In this document: one piece after another, positions 50,398 through 60,340 of the stretch
Numbering within the stretch: position 1 is the stretch's first letter
How the letters are laid out: the number at the start of each line of letters is the position of its first letter
DNA from: Spirochaetia bacterium
Lineage (GTDB): Bacteria > Spirochaetota > Spirochaetia > SZUA-6 > Bin103
Direction: 5' to 3'
Assembly (NCBI GenBank): GCA_965208575.1
Contig: CBDBOV010000001.1
Span: forward strand, 96,001 to 160,000
Length of the DNA: 64,000 bases
Made by a program: the position numbers and the translations under genes
Notes under the pieces: generated by a model
Databases searched by the model: none
Told to the model about the DNA's origin: nothing
Seen by the model: the letters and a program-made list of their open reading frames with translations, nothing else

Positions 50398-50468
50398 GTG
50401 TTCAACGGTAGAGAGTGTCTATTTTCAGTATCAGGTGGACAGCCGCTCGGACTACCAATCCGGTAGAG
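50398..50468 (-). promoter_or_regulatory. Conserved ~70-bp element, copy 4
   Basis: Reverse complement ctCTACCggattGGTAGtccgagcggctgtc...aaatagacactctctaccgttgaacac. Confidence 0.7.
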
Positions 50469-50509
50469 TGTGGAGGGATGCAACGCGAGCGCGAGGTGCG
50501 GGCGTAGAG

Positions 50510-50765
50510 GAGGTGGGTGAGCACCGAGACGTGGCCCGACCTGCTCGCCGGCGAAGGGAACACCCAGCCGTTGCCGCCGGTCTCGCTACGCCACCATTCC
50601 AGGGTCGTCGCAAGCTGCCGGGTAGTCGGCAGTTCGAGCGGCGTACGGGTCTTGGTGTGTGCGGAACGTGCACGACCCCGCGCGCCAGGTCCACGCGCTC
50701 CCAGCGTAGCGCCAATGTCTCGCCCCGCCGCATCCCGGAGTACATTGCACCCAGAAGGTCGAGCG
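50510..50765 (-). pseudogene. Tyrosine integrase fragment 5
   Basis: AMYSGMRRGE..LRWERVDL..VFPSPASRSGH, with frameshifts. Confidence 0.88.
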
Positions 50766-50887
50766 AGCCGGAGCGGTTCTTGCTGCTGCCGACCATCGGC
50801 GGTGACTGCCCCGAAGACATCCACCTGCTCGCCGGCGACGGCTGCCCCTAACGTGGCTTGAACTACCAACCTCCCGAACCCACGGCA

Positions 50888-51319
50888 CTACGCCGCTCGC
50901 GTGGCAACCGTAAGGCGCTGGCCCAGTGCATGGAGCGCCGTCTCGACTTGGCCGACGTGCGATCGGTGGTCGAGGTCGATCAGCCGCCGCACCGCGCCTT
51001 CGCTCAGCCCGAGCCGCTCCGCGAGCGCGGTATCGCTGACGCCCTGCTCGCGCATCGCGCCGTAGAGCGCAATCTTGGTGGCAACCAGCACCGGCAGCGC
51101 GACTGCCGTCCGCCCGCGAACCGGGGACGGCGCGGGAATCGGCTGGCGGCCCTCCACATACCCGCCAAGGGCGGCTATCACGCAGTCCTGCGCCTCCGCC
51201 AGCGCGTCGGCTTCCGTCGCCCCTTCGGTCAACGCCTCCGGGATGTCCGGGAACGAGACGAGGATCGACCCGTCCTCCTGCCGTTGCAGGTCCGCCGGCC
51301 AGACCAGTGTCTGCGTCAT
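50888..51319 (-). CDS. hicB: HicB antitoxin
   Basis: RBS aaggagg; VSFPDIPEALTEG..ALAEAQDC..IPAPS; C-terminal HTH RRLIDLDHRS. Confidence 0.92.
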   Translation of the reverse strand: MTQTLVWPADLQRQEDGSILVSFPDIPEALTEGATEADALAEAQDCVIAALGGYVEGRQPIPAPSPVRGRTAVALPVLVATKIALYGAMREQGVSDTALAERLGLSEGAVRRLIDLDHRSHVGQVETALHALGQRLTVATRAA

Positions 51320-51336
51320 CGTGCCCTCCTTTGCGC

Positions 51337-51515
51337 TCAGAGATCGTCACGGCTCAGCCCGAGCTGCCGGAGCATCGCCGCCAAGAGCCCCGCTCCGATC
51401 TCCTTCCGCCGGTTCTTGATCGTCGTGAACCGTCCGCCGTATTACAGCCGCCCATGGCTTCCCTTGCCTGCACGAGGGTCGAACCGTACCGCAACCCCAC
51501 GCTCGCTCCCCAGCT
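51337..51515 (-). pseudogene. hicA: HicA toxin pseudogene
   Basis: ..RAGKGSHGRL*YGGRFTTIKNRRKEIGAGLLAAMLRQLGL: premature TAA and missing N-terminus. Confidence 0.85.
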
Positions 51516-51991
51516 GGCCGTGGCGAGACCGTGGAGCCCCTCGGTGGCATTATCACAGGTACGAGTTTCGTCGTCTCTCTCGATCCAGTCCCTGTCGATG
51601 TCGATGCGCACTCTGCTCAGGTCCATCTCGCCGTGGTCGACAAAGCCGCTGTCGGGGTGTCCGATGAGGACTCCCGCTCCAGGCCGCAGTCGGTGGTCGC
51701 GTGGTTGCAGAGCGGGCGCACCCCGCCGTCCACGCGGATGCTGGAGAGGCCGCGGCGGCGACGGGGACTCGGCTGCGGATCCAGTTTGACAGCATCCGGT
51801 AAACCTCCCGCCGGTCGCAACGGGTCAACTGGCCCCCTCTGCACCGTCAGGGTGGGTGCATCATGTGCAAATGAGGAGTGTTATTGTCACAATCAAAGTA
51901 GGGTTCGGGTGCGTGCTTGGTCGTGCGCCTGATACCACGGTTAATAGGCGGCTTGATTGCCGCATCGCTCGCGCCGCCGTATGCTGCCGGC

Positions 51992-52225
51992 ATGAGTGAG
52001 GTTATTGCCTCTGGACGCGCCGAAGCCTTACCGGCGACCAGGATGAGCGGGCGCGTCACTGTGTCGCTTGACGCGGCGATGAACGAGCGCCTGGAGGAAC
52101 TGAGCGAGCGGTACAACGTCGCACGAGGAACCGTCGCGCGCGAGGCCATCGGCGCCGGACTCAAGGCCGTTCAGGAACGGCTGCGCCGCGCGGCAGGCTC
52201 GGCTGCACGCGGAAGCGGCAAGTGA
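51992..52225 (+). CDS. Ribbon-helix-helix (CopG-like) protein
   Basis: RVTVSLDAAMNERLEELSERYNVARGTVAREAI; TATGCT lies 6 nt before the ATG. Confidence 0.75.
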   Translation: MSEVIASGRAEALPATRMSGRVTVSLDAAMNERLEELSERYNVARGTVAREAIGAGLKAVQERLRRAAGSAARGSGK

Positions 52226-52379
52226 GCACCGCCTGGACTATCCCGGCGGACGATCGCGCCCGCGCGGCAGACCGCGGAGCACGTCCGCGCGTGCAGTCTG
52301 TAGGCCGCGACCTTACCACCCCGCTGGACCATGAGGCGGCCGGCAATCCGGATGGCGCCGCCATGTTCGAGGCCGCACC

Positions 52380-52697
52380 GTGAGCGCCGAGGTCGTAGCC
52401 ATCGTCGGCGTTGGCGTGGCGCTGCTGGCCGTGCTGGTGCCGCTGCTGCTGACCGTGGCGGCCCGCTTGGAGCGGCGCATTGACACCCTGGCGGCCGAAC
52501 TGGCGTCGGCGCGCACCGAGCTACGCGCCGACGTGGCCGAGGTGCGCCGCGACCTGCACGCCGAGGCTACGGCCATCCGCGCCAACGTGCACGCCCTGGC
52601 AGAGCGGGTGGCGCGCATCGAAGGCACCATGAGCGGCCCCTGGCGCCCGGCGAACGGCAGTCCGGCGAGCACCCAGGGGGCGTCGTCGGCCGGCTGA
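52380..52697 (+). CDS. Small N-anchored coiled-coil protein
   Basis: TM helix, coiled coil, then ERVARIEG..GPWRP. Confidence 0.8.
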   Translation: MSAEVVAIVGVGVALLAVLVPLLLTVAARLERRIDTLAAELASARTELRADVAEVRRDLHAEATAIRANVHALAERVARIEGTMSGPWRPANGSPASTQGASSAG

Positions 52698-52931
52698 CGC
52701 TCGCTGCGTTAGCTACTCGTGCTCGGCGCCACGACTCAGGAAGTCGGACGGGTCATCGCGAGGAGTTTGGCGGCTCCGGCCGTTTGAGGACGCGCCACAG
52801 CGCTCGCTGCGCAGGCACACCGGCTACTTCGCGGCGACCACGATCCGGTTGCCGAACAAGATTTCGCTTTGGCTGGTCCCGTCGATAGCCTGCAACGTTC
52901 GCCGGACGGCATCTGACATATCCTCGGAGTG

Positions 52932-53090
52932 ATGGCGAGTAGCGGGAAGCCGCTCGCATGGCATGCGGGAGAGATCAAGACTCCGCCGTTCTCCCAGGCG
53001 GCGAGGATTGAAGCGGGAACGCTGCTGCGACGGCTTCAGCTCGGCGAACTCATCGGGCTCCCCCAATCGCGGCCGATGCCGTCGATATAA
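52932..53090 (+). pseudogene. RelE/ParE (Gp49-like) toxin, C-terminal half deleted
   Basis: KPLAWHAGEIKTPPFSQAARIEAGTLLRRLQLGE..SRPMPSI* stops before the ELR motif. Confidence 0.82.
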
Positions 53091-53100
53091 GGTGAGGCTG

Positions 53101-53433
53101 ATGAACAAAACGAAGACCGCGAAGCTGGAGAGAGCGGGTTGGAAGCTGGGGACTACCAAGGAGTTCCTGGGTCTCACCGGGGAAGAGGCGGCTCTGATAG
53201 AAATCAAACTCGCGCTCGCCAGGGGCATCAAAGAGCGACGGCTCTCCTTGCGGCTCACACATGAAGACCTCGCGAAGCAATTGAGATCGAGCCAGTCTCG
53301 GATCGCGAAGATGGAGGCTTCCGACGCTACGGTGTCCATGGACTTCCTGGTTCGTTCGCTTCTCGTGCTCGGCGCGACGACTGAGGAAGTCGGACGGGTC
53401 ATCGCAAGGAGTTCGGCGGCGCCGGCCGCTTGA
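53101..53433 (+). CDS. XRE-HTH antitoxin
   Basis: LERAGWKLG..EFLGLT..IEIKLALA..LAKQLRSSQSRIAKMEASD. Confidence 0.88.
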   Translation: MNKTKTAKLERAGWKLGTTKEFLGLTGEEAALIEIKLALARGIKERRLSLRLTHEDLAKQLRSSQSRIAKMEASDATVSMDFLVRSLLVLGATTEEVGRVIARSSAAPAA

Positions 53434-53524
53434 GGACGCGCCGTAGCGCTCGCTGCGCATGCGCGCCGGCTACCCCGCGGCGGCGACGATCCGGTCGCTG
53501 AACAAGCCGTGGTCGCCGATGATG

Positions 53525-53650
53525 CTTGGTGAGCAGGATGAAGCGCGCCTCCACGCCGCGGCGCTCGGTGGCGTTCAGCGGCGCGACGCCCTGTCGGCGA
53601 GATGGTGTTCGATGGCGCGGCGGTAGGCGATACCGGTCTTCGTCGCGTGG
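53525..53650 (-). pseudogene. Tyrosine integrase fragment 6
   Basis: KTGIAYRRAIEHHLAD..LNATERRGVEARF. Confidence 0.75.
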
Positions 53651-53754
53651 TTGCGACCACGCCGCCGACGGCTGCTCCGTTCCATCGGCATCGGCGCGGA
53701 TCGCGCCCGGCCCTGCGGTCCGGACGGGCACTTGTCAACACCCGTCACCGCGTG

Positions 53755-55288
53755 GGGTGCATTCCGTCAGTGTGGTAGCGGTCAGGCAGCCTCAAGCTGG
53801 ATCTGGTTGGATTCTGGGGTGGGCGATGAGGGCAACAGGCTCTCGAAATCGTCCCAGAAGCGACGGCTCTTCGCCGAAGCGCGGAGCTGAAGCATCTCCT
53901 TGGCTCCGTCCAGCGACCAAGTCATCCCACTCTGCTTCATGCGCTTGGCGACGACGTTCTTGCAGGCTCCCTCGACTACACCGCTGCCGATCGGCAGACC
54001 GCACGATCGATACAGCGGGTAGTCCATGCGGTGCTGGTTGGCCGTGAAGTAGTTGATCTCGCCCTGGAGGTCGTAGCACTGCTTCTCGCTGTAGCGGCCA
54101 CTGACGTGCAGTTCCTGCAGTTCCTTGATTACGGCGGCGACGCAGCCCTTGCGCAGCAGGCTGCGCCAGCGCTTGAAGGATCTCTTGAACTGCTCGCTGC
54201 CCTCGCCGTACAACACCTTGCCGATCTTCCCCAAGTGGTCGCAGGCATGCCAGAAATCGAGGATGTGCCAGACCTTCTGCCCGGGTTCGGACAGCTGGGA
54301 GACCCGGTCCCATATCCAATGCGCTCCATCGCCCAGAATCACCAGCACCAGCGCTGCCAGGTGAGCGCTGCGCCGGCTCATTTCCACCTCGATCCGGGGA
54401 AAGAACTCATCAGCATGCTCGATCCCGGTGACACAGGAGGTCTTGGTGCAGTGCGCTGCACCCTCCCGGTCCACCTTCACCGCTGATACCGTCGCTACCT
54501 TGGAGTCCCGAAACACGCGATCGTAACTCTTTTTCCCATCTTCAGTTACCCGCTCGTTCGCGCGTGTCGCCACCTTCCCCGCGTCGATGCCCACGACCAT
54601 CGTCCCGGTGATCTCTTCGCGCACCGCCACCGGCTCGTCGGCACGCTCGACAATCTCCCGCTGGCGTTGCTCCGCCAACCCGTCAGTAACCGCCCGCACC
54701 ATCTCGAACGCCTTGTTCATCGACACCAGCTCCCGCCCGTCAGGCCGCAACACCTCGTGGAATTGCGCCAGACCCTGCTCGTAGGACTGCTCGGCGCACC
54801 ACCGCGCCATGAAGTACTGGCACCCAGGCGTGTACCCGCCCGCGATACCCAGTTGCTCTGTCAGCGGCACCCACCCCTTGCCACCGCCACCGAGCGGCGC
54901 GTAGTAGGCGCGCACCAAGGTGATCACGCCGAACAGCCCATGCAGCGTCTTCCGCCGTCTCCCGACAAAGCGGTACCGAACCTCGCCGCGGGTTGCGCGC
55001 GCACCGACATACCCATCACCGACTTGCTCACACCAGCGTTGCATCGCTGCACGTCCCGCAGCCACCAGGCACTTCAGCATACCGAGCTCCGCGGCGAGCA
55101 GATCCCGTGGTCCGCTGCACGGGTTCAGGTCAATCCCGCACCGGGTCTTGCAAAACCGGAGCAACTCCGTTACCAAGGTCTCACTCATTTTGGTCCCCTC
55201 CCAGAGACAGGTCGATGTTTACCACATCACCGAATCTCTGGTCTCTGGGAGGGTTCCTATTCCGCTACCACAGAGAAAGAATGCACCC
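53755..55288 (-). mobile_element. Intact ISKra4-family (p-MULE) insertion sequence, 1534 bp
   Basis: TIRs GGGTGCATTC-N6-TGTGGTAGCGG / CCGCTACCACA-N6-GAATGCACCC; 9-bp target duplication caccgcgtg at 53746-53754 and 55289-55297. Confidence 0.92.
53782..55188 (-). CDS. ISKra4-family DDE transposase
   Basis: GIDAGK, LGDGAHWIW, LDFWHACDHL (Mutator D-xx-H), IGSGVVEGACK. Confidence 0.92.
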   Translation of the reverse strand: MSETLVTELLRFCKTRCGIDLNPCSGPRDLLAAELGMLKCLVAAGRAAMQRWCEQVGDGYVGARATRGEVRYRFVGRRRKTLHGLFGVITLVRAYYAPLGGGGKGWVPLTEQLGIAGGYTPGCQYFMARWCAEQSYEQGLAQFHEVLRPDGRELVSMNKAFEMVRAVTDGLAEQRQREIVERADEPVAVREEITGTMVVGIDAGKVATRANERVTEDGKKSYDRVFRDSKVATVSAVKVDREGAAHCTKTSCVTGIEHADEFFPRIEVEMSRRSAHLAALVLVILGDGAHWIWDRVSQLSEPGQKVWHILDFWHACDHLGKIGKVLYGEGSEQFKRSFKRWRSLLRKGCVAAVIKELQELHVSGRYSEKQCYDLQGEINYFTANQHRMDYPLYRSCGLPIGSGVVEGACKNVVAKRMKQSGMTWSLDGAKEMLQLRASAKSRRFWDDFESLLPSSPTPESNQIQLEAA

Positions 55289-55429
55289 CACCGCGTGGCA
55301 ACTGGCCCTCACTTCGCCAGCGGGGCGGCCACCGCCGGTGCGGGCACCGCGTGCGCCGGGTCACCTTGCCGCCGCCGGGTCGGGGTGGCCGGCGTCGGGC
55401 TGCACCGTTGGCCCCTCATCGTGCCCGCA

Positions 55430-55903
55430 CTCCGGGCCGGCCTCCAGGATCGCGTCCATGCGGTCGGCGATGAGTTGGGCCGGGCCGCGGAGCTGGCCGA
55501 TGGTCCAGTCGGCCGCTTAGCCCTCGGTCATGTCGGTGGGGCGGGCGTGGTTGACCAGCCGCTTGGTCAGCGAACGCGGCAGGGTCAGCTCGCGGTCGGC
55601 GATCGTGATCAGGCAGTTGCGGAAGCCGAGGAACCAGAACTTCCTGCCGCCCGCGCGCGAGATGCGGGCGTAGAGGTGGGTGAGCACCGACACGTGGCCC
55701 GACCGGCTCGCCGGCGACGGGGAATACCCAGCCGGTGCCGCCGGTTTCGCTGCGCCGCCACTCCAGGATCGACGCAAGCTGCCGGGTGATCGGCAGTTCG
55801 AGCGGGGTACCGGTCTTGGTGTGCGGCACGTGCACGACCCCGCGCGCCAAGTCCACGCGCTCCCAGCGCAGCGTCAGAATCTCGCCCCGCCGCATCCCGG
55901 AGT
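55430..55903 (-). pseudogene. Tyrosine integrase fragment 7
   Basis: SGMRRGEIL through DAILEAGP, with a frameshift, H-to-L in HxxR (FLGFR), and TAA at the catalytic Tyr. Confidence 0.9.
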
Positions 55904-55959
55904 GCCGGGAAGGGGGCCTCTTCAATGCCGACCTTGGTCCACTCTCCCTGCCGGTTCAG
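55903..55959 (+). mobile_element. Orphan IS21-type right-end remnant
   Basis: gccgggaagggggcctcttcaatgccgaccttggtccactctccctgccggttcaga, homologous to 32841-32896. Confidence 0.5.
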
Positions 55960-56188
55960 AACTTGCCCGCCTCCGCCAGATGCGGTAACAATCCACAGTC
56001 AGCAGCGTCCGCGCAAGAGGGCACGGCATTTCCATGCTAGTTCGTTCTGCTGAATACGATACCGCCTTCGTGGGCAGGGAGTAGCTGCCCCGCCGCTGGA
56101 CACGAATAGTCGGAAGCCCAATCCACGGACGCTGCAAACCTCCGGTCCGGTATCTTGCCGGCGCTGAACGTGTAGCGAGGTGTATTTC

Positions 56189-57028
56189 ATGCAACGCCTT
56201 TCGTTGGTCGTGGCGGCCGTGGTGGCTGTCTCCCTTCTCATCGTGGCGTGCGAAGAACCAGTCCCACGTGGCAACCCTGGGCAACTAGGGCCGCCCACTG
56301 CAGCTGAACCCGAACGCGAACCCGAACGCGCACCTGAACCCGAACGCGCACCTGAGCCTGAATCCCAACCTGAGCCCGAATTCCGTATCGAGCTCATCTA
56401 CGATGGACAGGTGCCTGCCAACATCATCTCTGGGCTGGACAGGGCGGTAGAGTACTGGCAGAGAGCTATTACAGCCGATGGCGGCCCACCCATCACTACC
56501 GGTGGAGGAGCGGGGGACTGTGCTCTTCCAAGTGCTTACACTGACTACGAAACGGACGACCTACTGATCGTCATTTCTATGGAAGCCATGCCCCTGGATG
56601 TAACTACGGTCGGGGGTGTCATCATTGACAATACACCGTTGGCGATTGCCTACAGTTGCTCCTACCGGGCGAACGGGCTGCCGTACTTTGGGCGCATCGC
56701 CTTCAACGATGATCCGCACAGGGCATCATCCTTCGATAGGAGCGCGTACAACATCGCAAGGCATGAGATCGCCCACCTGTTGGGGTTTGGGTCTTCACCG
56801 GCATGGCATCGTCACGTCAGCGGCGGATACTTTCGTGGGCCCGAAGCTGTGAGGGTGTTCGGTGGCCCTGTGCCTGTGACATCCGAAGGGCACTGGCTAT
56901 CGGTGCCGGGCTTGACGTGGGACATAATGAGCGTTCCGAGTGTTGCAGTCTTTAAAGTTACGCTCGCAGCGCTCGCGGATATCGGGCACACGGTTGATTA
57001 CGCACATGCGGAACCTTCGCCGTTCTGA
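56189..57028 (+). CDS. Leishmanolysin (M8)-like zinc metallopeptidase lipoprotein
   Basis: Lipobox LIVAC; PE repeats; HEIAHLLGF, downstream HW, Met-turn DIMS, TLAALADIG. Confidence 0.82.
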   Translation: MQRLSLVVAAVVAVSLLIVACEEPVPRGNPGQLGPPTAAEPEREPERAPEPERAPEPESQPEPEFRIELIYDGQVPANIISGLDRAVEYWQRAITADGGPPITTGGGAGDCALPSAYTDYETDDLLIVISMEAMPLDVTTVGGVIIDNTPLAIAYSCSYRANGLPYFGRIAFNDDPHRASSFDRSAYNIARHEIAHLLGFGSSPAWHRHVSGGYFRGPEAVRVFGGPVPVTSEGHWLSVPGLTWDIMSVPSVAVFKVTLAALADIGHTVDYAHAEPSPF

Positions 57029-57175
57029 ACCACGGGGTGGCCCGTTTGTATGCGGGGCGTTCGGGTAGGCGCTACCGGATCGTATTGAGGTGGGTTCCAA
57101 GCAACGCCGGTTCTTGGCGGTAGCGGTCTCGCAGTCCTCGCGCCAGTACAGCTTCGCGCAACGCAACACCGGCGG

Positions 57176-57400
57176 TTGTTGCAGGTGGACGCGGATGTGC
57201 TGTTGTCCGATGATGGTCGCGCAATCCGAACGTGCCGGATCATGCGATTGCCGTTCACCACCTCGCCGCGGGTTGTCGTCGACCTCTACCGCGAAGGGGT
57301 CATTGGCCGGCCCAAGGCGCGGACGGCCCTGGAGACGCTGGCGGTCGCCGGGAGATACGCGCGTGATATCATAGCCGCCGCATTGGTGGCGTTGCTGGAG
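57176..57400 (+). pseudogene. PIN-domain toxin C-terminal fragment
   Basis: LLSDDGRAIRTCR..VVDLYREG..LAVAGRY; N-terminus missing; an ~80-bp insertion follows. Confidence 0.6.
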
Positions 57401-57492
57401 TCTGTACGGTCACTCCGTGACATGGAAGACGATGAATCCGATGCCGAAGCATCGGCTGGCGGCCGGCTTTTTCGGACCAGGAGCAGAGAAGG

Positions 57493-57795
57493 ATGACCAA
57501 ACCCACGACCATCCGCCTTCCTGAGGATGTCTTGAGCGAACTCGACCGGCGCGCCGAGGCCCGCGGCAAGGATCGAGCGACCCTGGTGCGGGAGTTGCTT
57601 CGGGCTGCACTGGACCGGGACAAGGAAGATGAGGTCGTGACCGCCTACGAGTCCGGTCGCCTCTCCGTGTCGCAGGCCGCCGCGCGACTCGGCACCGACG
57701 CATGGTCGCTGTTCGACATCCTCGCACGGAGGGGCGAGACGGTGAGCGTATCGTTGGAAGATTGGAGGGACTCGCGCACGTCGCTGTCGCGTTAG
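57493..57795 (+). CDS. RHH plus UPF0175 antitoxin
   Basis: PTTIRLPEDVLSELDRRA..YESGRLSVSQAAARLG. Confidence 0.82.
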   Translation: MTKPTTIRLPEDVLSELDRRAEARGKDRATLVRELLRAALDRDKEDEVVTAYESGRLSVSQAAARLGTDAWSLFDILARRGETVSVSLEDWRDSRTSLSR

Positions 57796-57882
57796 CCGCA
57801 GTTCGAGCGCCGCCAAGGGGCACGTTGCCTGCGATTCACACTCCCTCGCGCCAGCGGGCCGGTTGCAGTATGCTCGTCCCCA

Positions 57883-58224
57883 ATGCCGGACGGAGTTACC
57901 GTGTTGGTCGGCGCGGTGGGAGCGGTGGCCGCGCTGCTGGCCGTACTGGTGCCGGTGATTCGTGGGCAGGGGGCAGCCCTGCGCCGCGAGATAGAAGGGC
58001 AAGGGACGAGTCTGCGCCGCGAGATCGAGGGGCAAGGGACGAGCCTGAGCCGCGAGATCGACACGCTCCGAGCCGACGTGGCCGAAGTGCGTCGCGACCT
58101 TCACGTTCTGAGCGACCGCGTGGCGCGCATCGAGGGCGCGTTGACCGGTCCCTGGCGACCGCCGACGAACGGTGGCACGTCGAATCCCGTGGAGCCCCCG
58201 GCGGCCGCCAGCGAAGTCCCATAA
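57883..58224 (+). CDS. Small N-anchored coiled-coil protein (three 11-aa repeats)
   Basis: TM helix plus GQG(T/A)(S/A)LRREIE x3, then RVARIEGALTGPW. Confidence 0.85.
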   Translation: MPDGVTVLVGAVGAVAALLAVLVPVIRGQGAALRREIEGQGTSLRREIEGQGTSLSREIDTLRADVAEVRRDLHVLSDRVARIEGALTGPWRPPTNGGTSNPVEPPAAASEVP

Positions 58225-58306
58225 TATGCCCGGTCGCCCGGCCCCCGCTATCGGCGGAAGCCGAGTCAGTTCCCAGTCAAGCGAACCAGGTTGAGCCGAG
58301 CGTCAG

Positions 58307-58785
58307 TGCCGGGTGATCGGCAGTTCGAGCGGGGCACCGGTCTTGGTATGCGGCACGTGCACGACCCCGCGCGCCAAGTCCATGCGCTCCCAGCGCAGCG
58401 TCAGAATCTCGCCCCGCCGCATCCCGGAGTACATCGCAACCCAGAAGATCGAGCGGGTCGCCGGGTCCTTCACCACCGCCTTGATGCCGCGGTGCCAGTA
58501 GGGCAGGGCTTCCGCGGGCGACGAGATCACCCGCCGCACGATCGGGTTGAAGCGCCCGCCCGCCGCAAGCCACAGGTCGACCGGGTTGCGTAGCCCTCGT
58601 GATCGACGCAGGCGCGGCGGTAGATGGAGCGCAGGAGCGAGATCACCTGGTTGTCGATCGCCCAGCCGTGGTTCCTGGTGAGCAGGGCGAAGCGCGCCTC
58701 CACCTGGCGGCGCTCGATGGCATTCAGCGGGCGCGACACCCAGTCGGCGAGATAGTGCTCGATGGCGCGGCGGTAGGCGTCACTG
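58307..58785 (-). pseudogene. Tyrosine integrase fragment 8
   Basis: DAYRRAIEHYLADW through PHTKTGAPLELPITR, with a frameshift near 58592. Confidence 0.9.
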
Positions 58786-58827
58786 GACGGCCCGCCTCCG
58801 GTCAAGAGTCGAAGTCGCGCCGCGGAT

Positions 58828-59151
58828 TCATGGTGCGGCCTCCGAGGGCGTAGCGGGTGCCGGAGCCGGAGTGCCGTTCGCGGGGCGCCAAGGCACGGCA
58901 AGCGCACCTTCCATGCGGGCTACGCGCTCGGCCAGGGCATGCAGGTCGTCGGTCAGCCGCTCGGTGCGTGTGATCAGGTCACGGCGCACCTCCGCTACGT
59001 CGGCGCGCAACTCGGTGCGTGTCGCGGACAAATCGGCGGCGAGGGCGTCCATGCGGGCGTCTATGCGGCGTCCAAGCGTCAACAGCATCGGCACCAGCAC
59101 GCCGAGCAAGCCGACGGCGGCGCCCACGATTGCGACAGCTTCGGCGCTCAT
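58828..59151 (-). CDS. Small N-anchored coiled-coil protein (paralogue)
   Basis: MSAEAVAIVGAAVGLLGVLVPML..ADVAEVRRDL..ERVARMEG. Confidence 0.8.
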   Translation of the reverse strand: MSAEAVAIVGAAVGLLGVLVPMLLTLGRRIDARMDALAADLSATRTELRADVAEVRRDLITRTERLTDDLHALAERVARMEGALAVPWRPANGTPAPAPATPSEAAP

Positions 59152-59293
59152 GGTGTGCTCAACAATACCGGCGGCGGGCGGGTGGCGTCCAGAGTAGTTG
59201 GTCGTCGTGCACTTGGTAGATTATTCGGTAGTCCTGGACTCGAATACACCAGAATGGCTGGCCTTGGAGCTTGCGACACCCGGCGGTCGTGGG

Positions 59294-59398
59294 TCAGTGC
59301 GCAAGGAATCGATTCGTCACCGCGATGCGCTCCGTGACCGGACCGTGGATTCGCTTGAGATCGCGCTGGGCGGCAGGGACGAAATCAACCCGATACAC
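59294..59398 (-). pseudogene. RelE toxin, truncated
   Basis: VYRVDFVPAAQRDLKRI..ERI, then unrelated sequence; overlaps the antitoxin stop. Confidence 0.75.
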
Positions 59399-59582
59399 CG
59401 AGCTCGATCTTGACCTGCTCCCAGGGAATCCGCTCTGCGTCCTGCATTGCTTCATCGATAGCTTTGCGGTCGTCGTGTTGTTCAAGCAACTCGACGAGCT
59501 TCTCGGAGAGATCGACAGGCAGGACGACGGCTACCTTGTCACCAGTCTCGTCGCAGACGAACCGAGGTTCTGTCAATGCCAT
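59385..59582 (-). CDS. RelB-like antitoxin
   Basis: FVCDETGDKVAVVLPV..LLEQHDDRKAI..IPWEQVKIELG. Confidence 0.8.
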   Translation of the reverse strand: MALTEPRFVCDETGDKVAVVLPVDLSEKLVELLEQHDDRKAIDEAMQDAERIPWEQVKIELGVSG

Positions 59583-59869
59583 GATCCAAGATTCTGACGG
59601 GCTTACGGCTCGGCTGTCTGCCAACCAGGTCGCGACAGGGTTGGAGGTAGCGACCATGACAGTGTTCTCGGGGGCGCGCCGGTGGCGAATTCTGTTGCGA
59701 TCGTCCCGGTGGCTGCCGGCAAGGAGGAACGCCCGGCCACCCGCAATGGCGATGGGGCTCAGAACGGCGAGCTTGCCGCACCAACGGATCAGCTGGCCGC
59801 CTCTGCACCGTCAGGGTGGATCAATTTCTGGCCGGCATCCCGGCTCGCTTCTCAAGCGGCGCGCGCAGC

Positions 59870-60155
59870 GCGCGATGAGTTGGGCCGGGCCGCGGAGCCG
59901 GCCGATGGTCCAGTCGGCCGCGTAGCCCTCGGTGACGTCGGTGGGCCGGGCGTGGTTGACCAGCCGCTTGGTCAGCGAACGGGGCAGGGTCAACTCGCGG
60001 TCGGCGATTCGCCCAGCCGTGGTTCCTGGTGAGCAGGGCGAAGCGCGCCTCCACCTCGCGGCGCCCGATAGCATTCAGCGGGCGCGACACCCAGTCGGCG
60101 AGATAGTGCTCGATGGCGCGGCGGTAGGCGTCACCGGTCTTCAGGTTGTCCGACA
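59870..60155 (-). pseudogene. Tyrosine integrase fragment 9 with a large internal deletion
   Basis: KTGDAYRRAI..NHGWA joined at ~60008 directly to IADRELTLPRS..EGYAADW. Confidence 0.9.
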
Positions 60156-60340
60156 CTCCTAATTATTTGCAGTGAATTGAATTAAGCCGCATTACCCTCT
60201 ATCGCACCCATTCTCCCTACGACGAAATCCTCCATCCGTTCGATCAATTGCATTGTATTCCTCCGCAGTGGTATCTTCGTATGTTAGAATATCATAGTAT
60301 CCTCAACGTACTAACCGCATCGATTAACGGAGGAACCATT

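Noticed and set aside
51553-51850. Possible frameshifted gene remnant (..GHPDSGFVDHGEMDLSRVRIDIDRDW..)
   Set aside because: Protein-like, but I cannot assign a family or boundaries.
59205-59245. Fifth copy of the CTACC/GGTAG element (cggtagtcctggac)
   Set aside because: Only one half-site context matches; the upstream CTACC and the downstream conserved block are absent.
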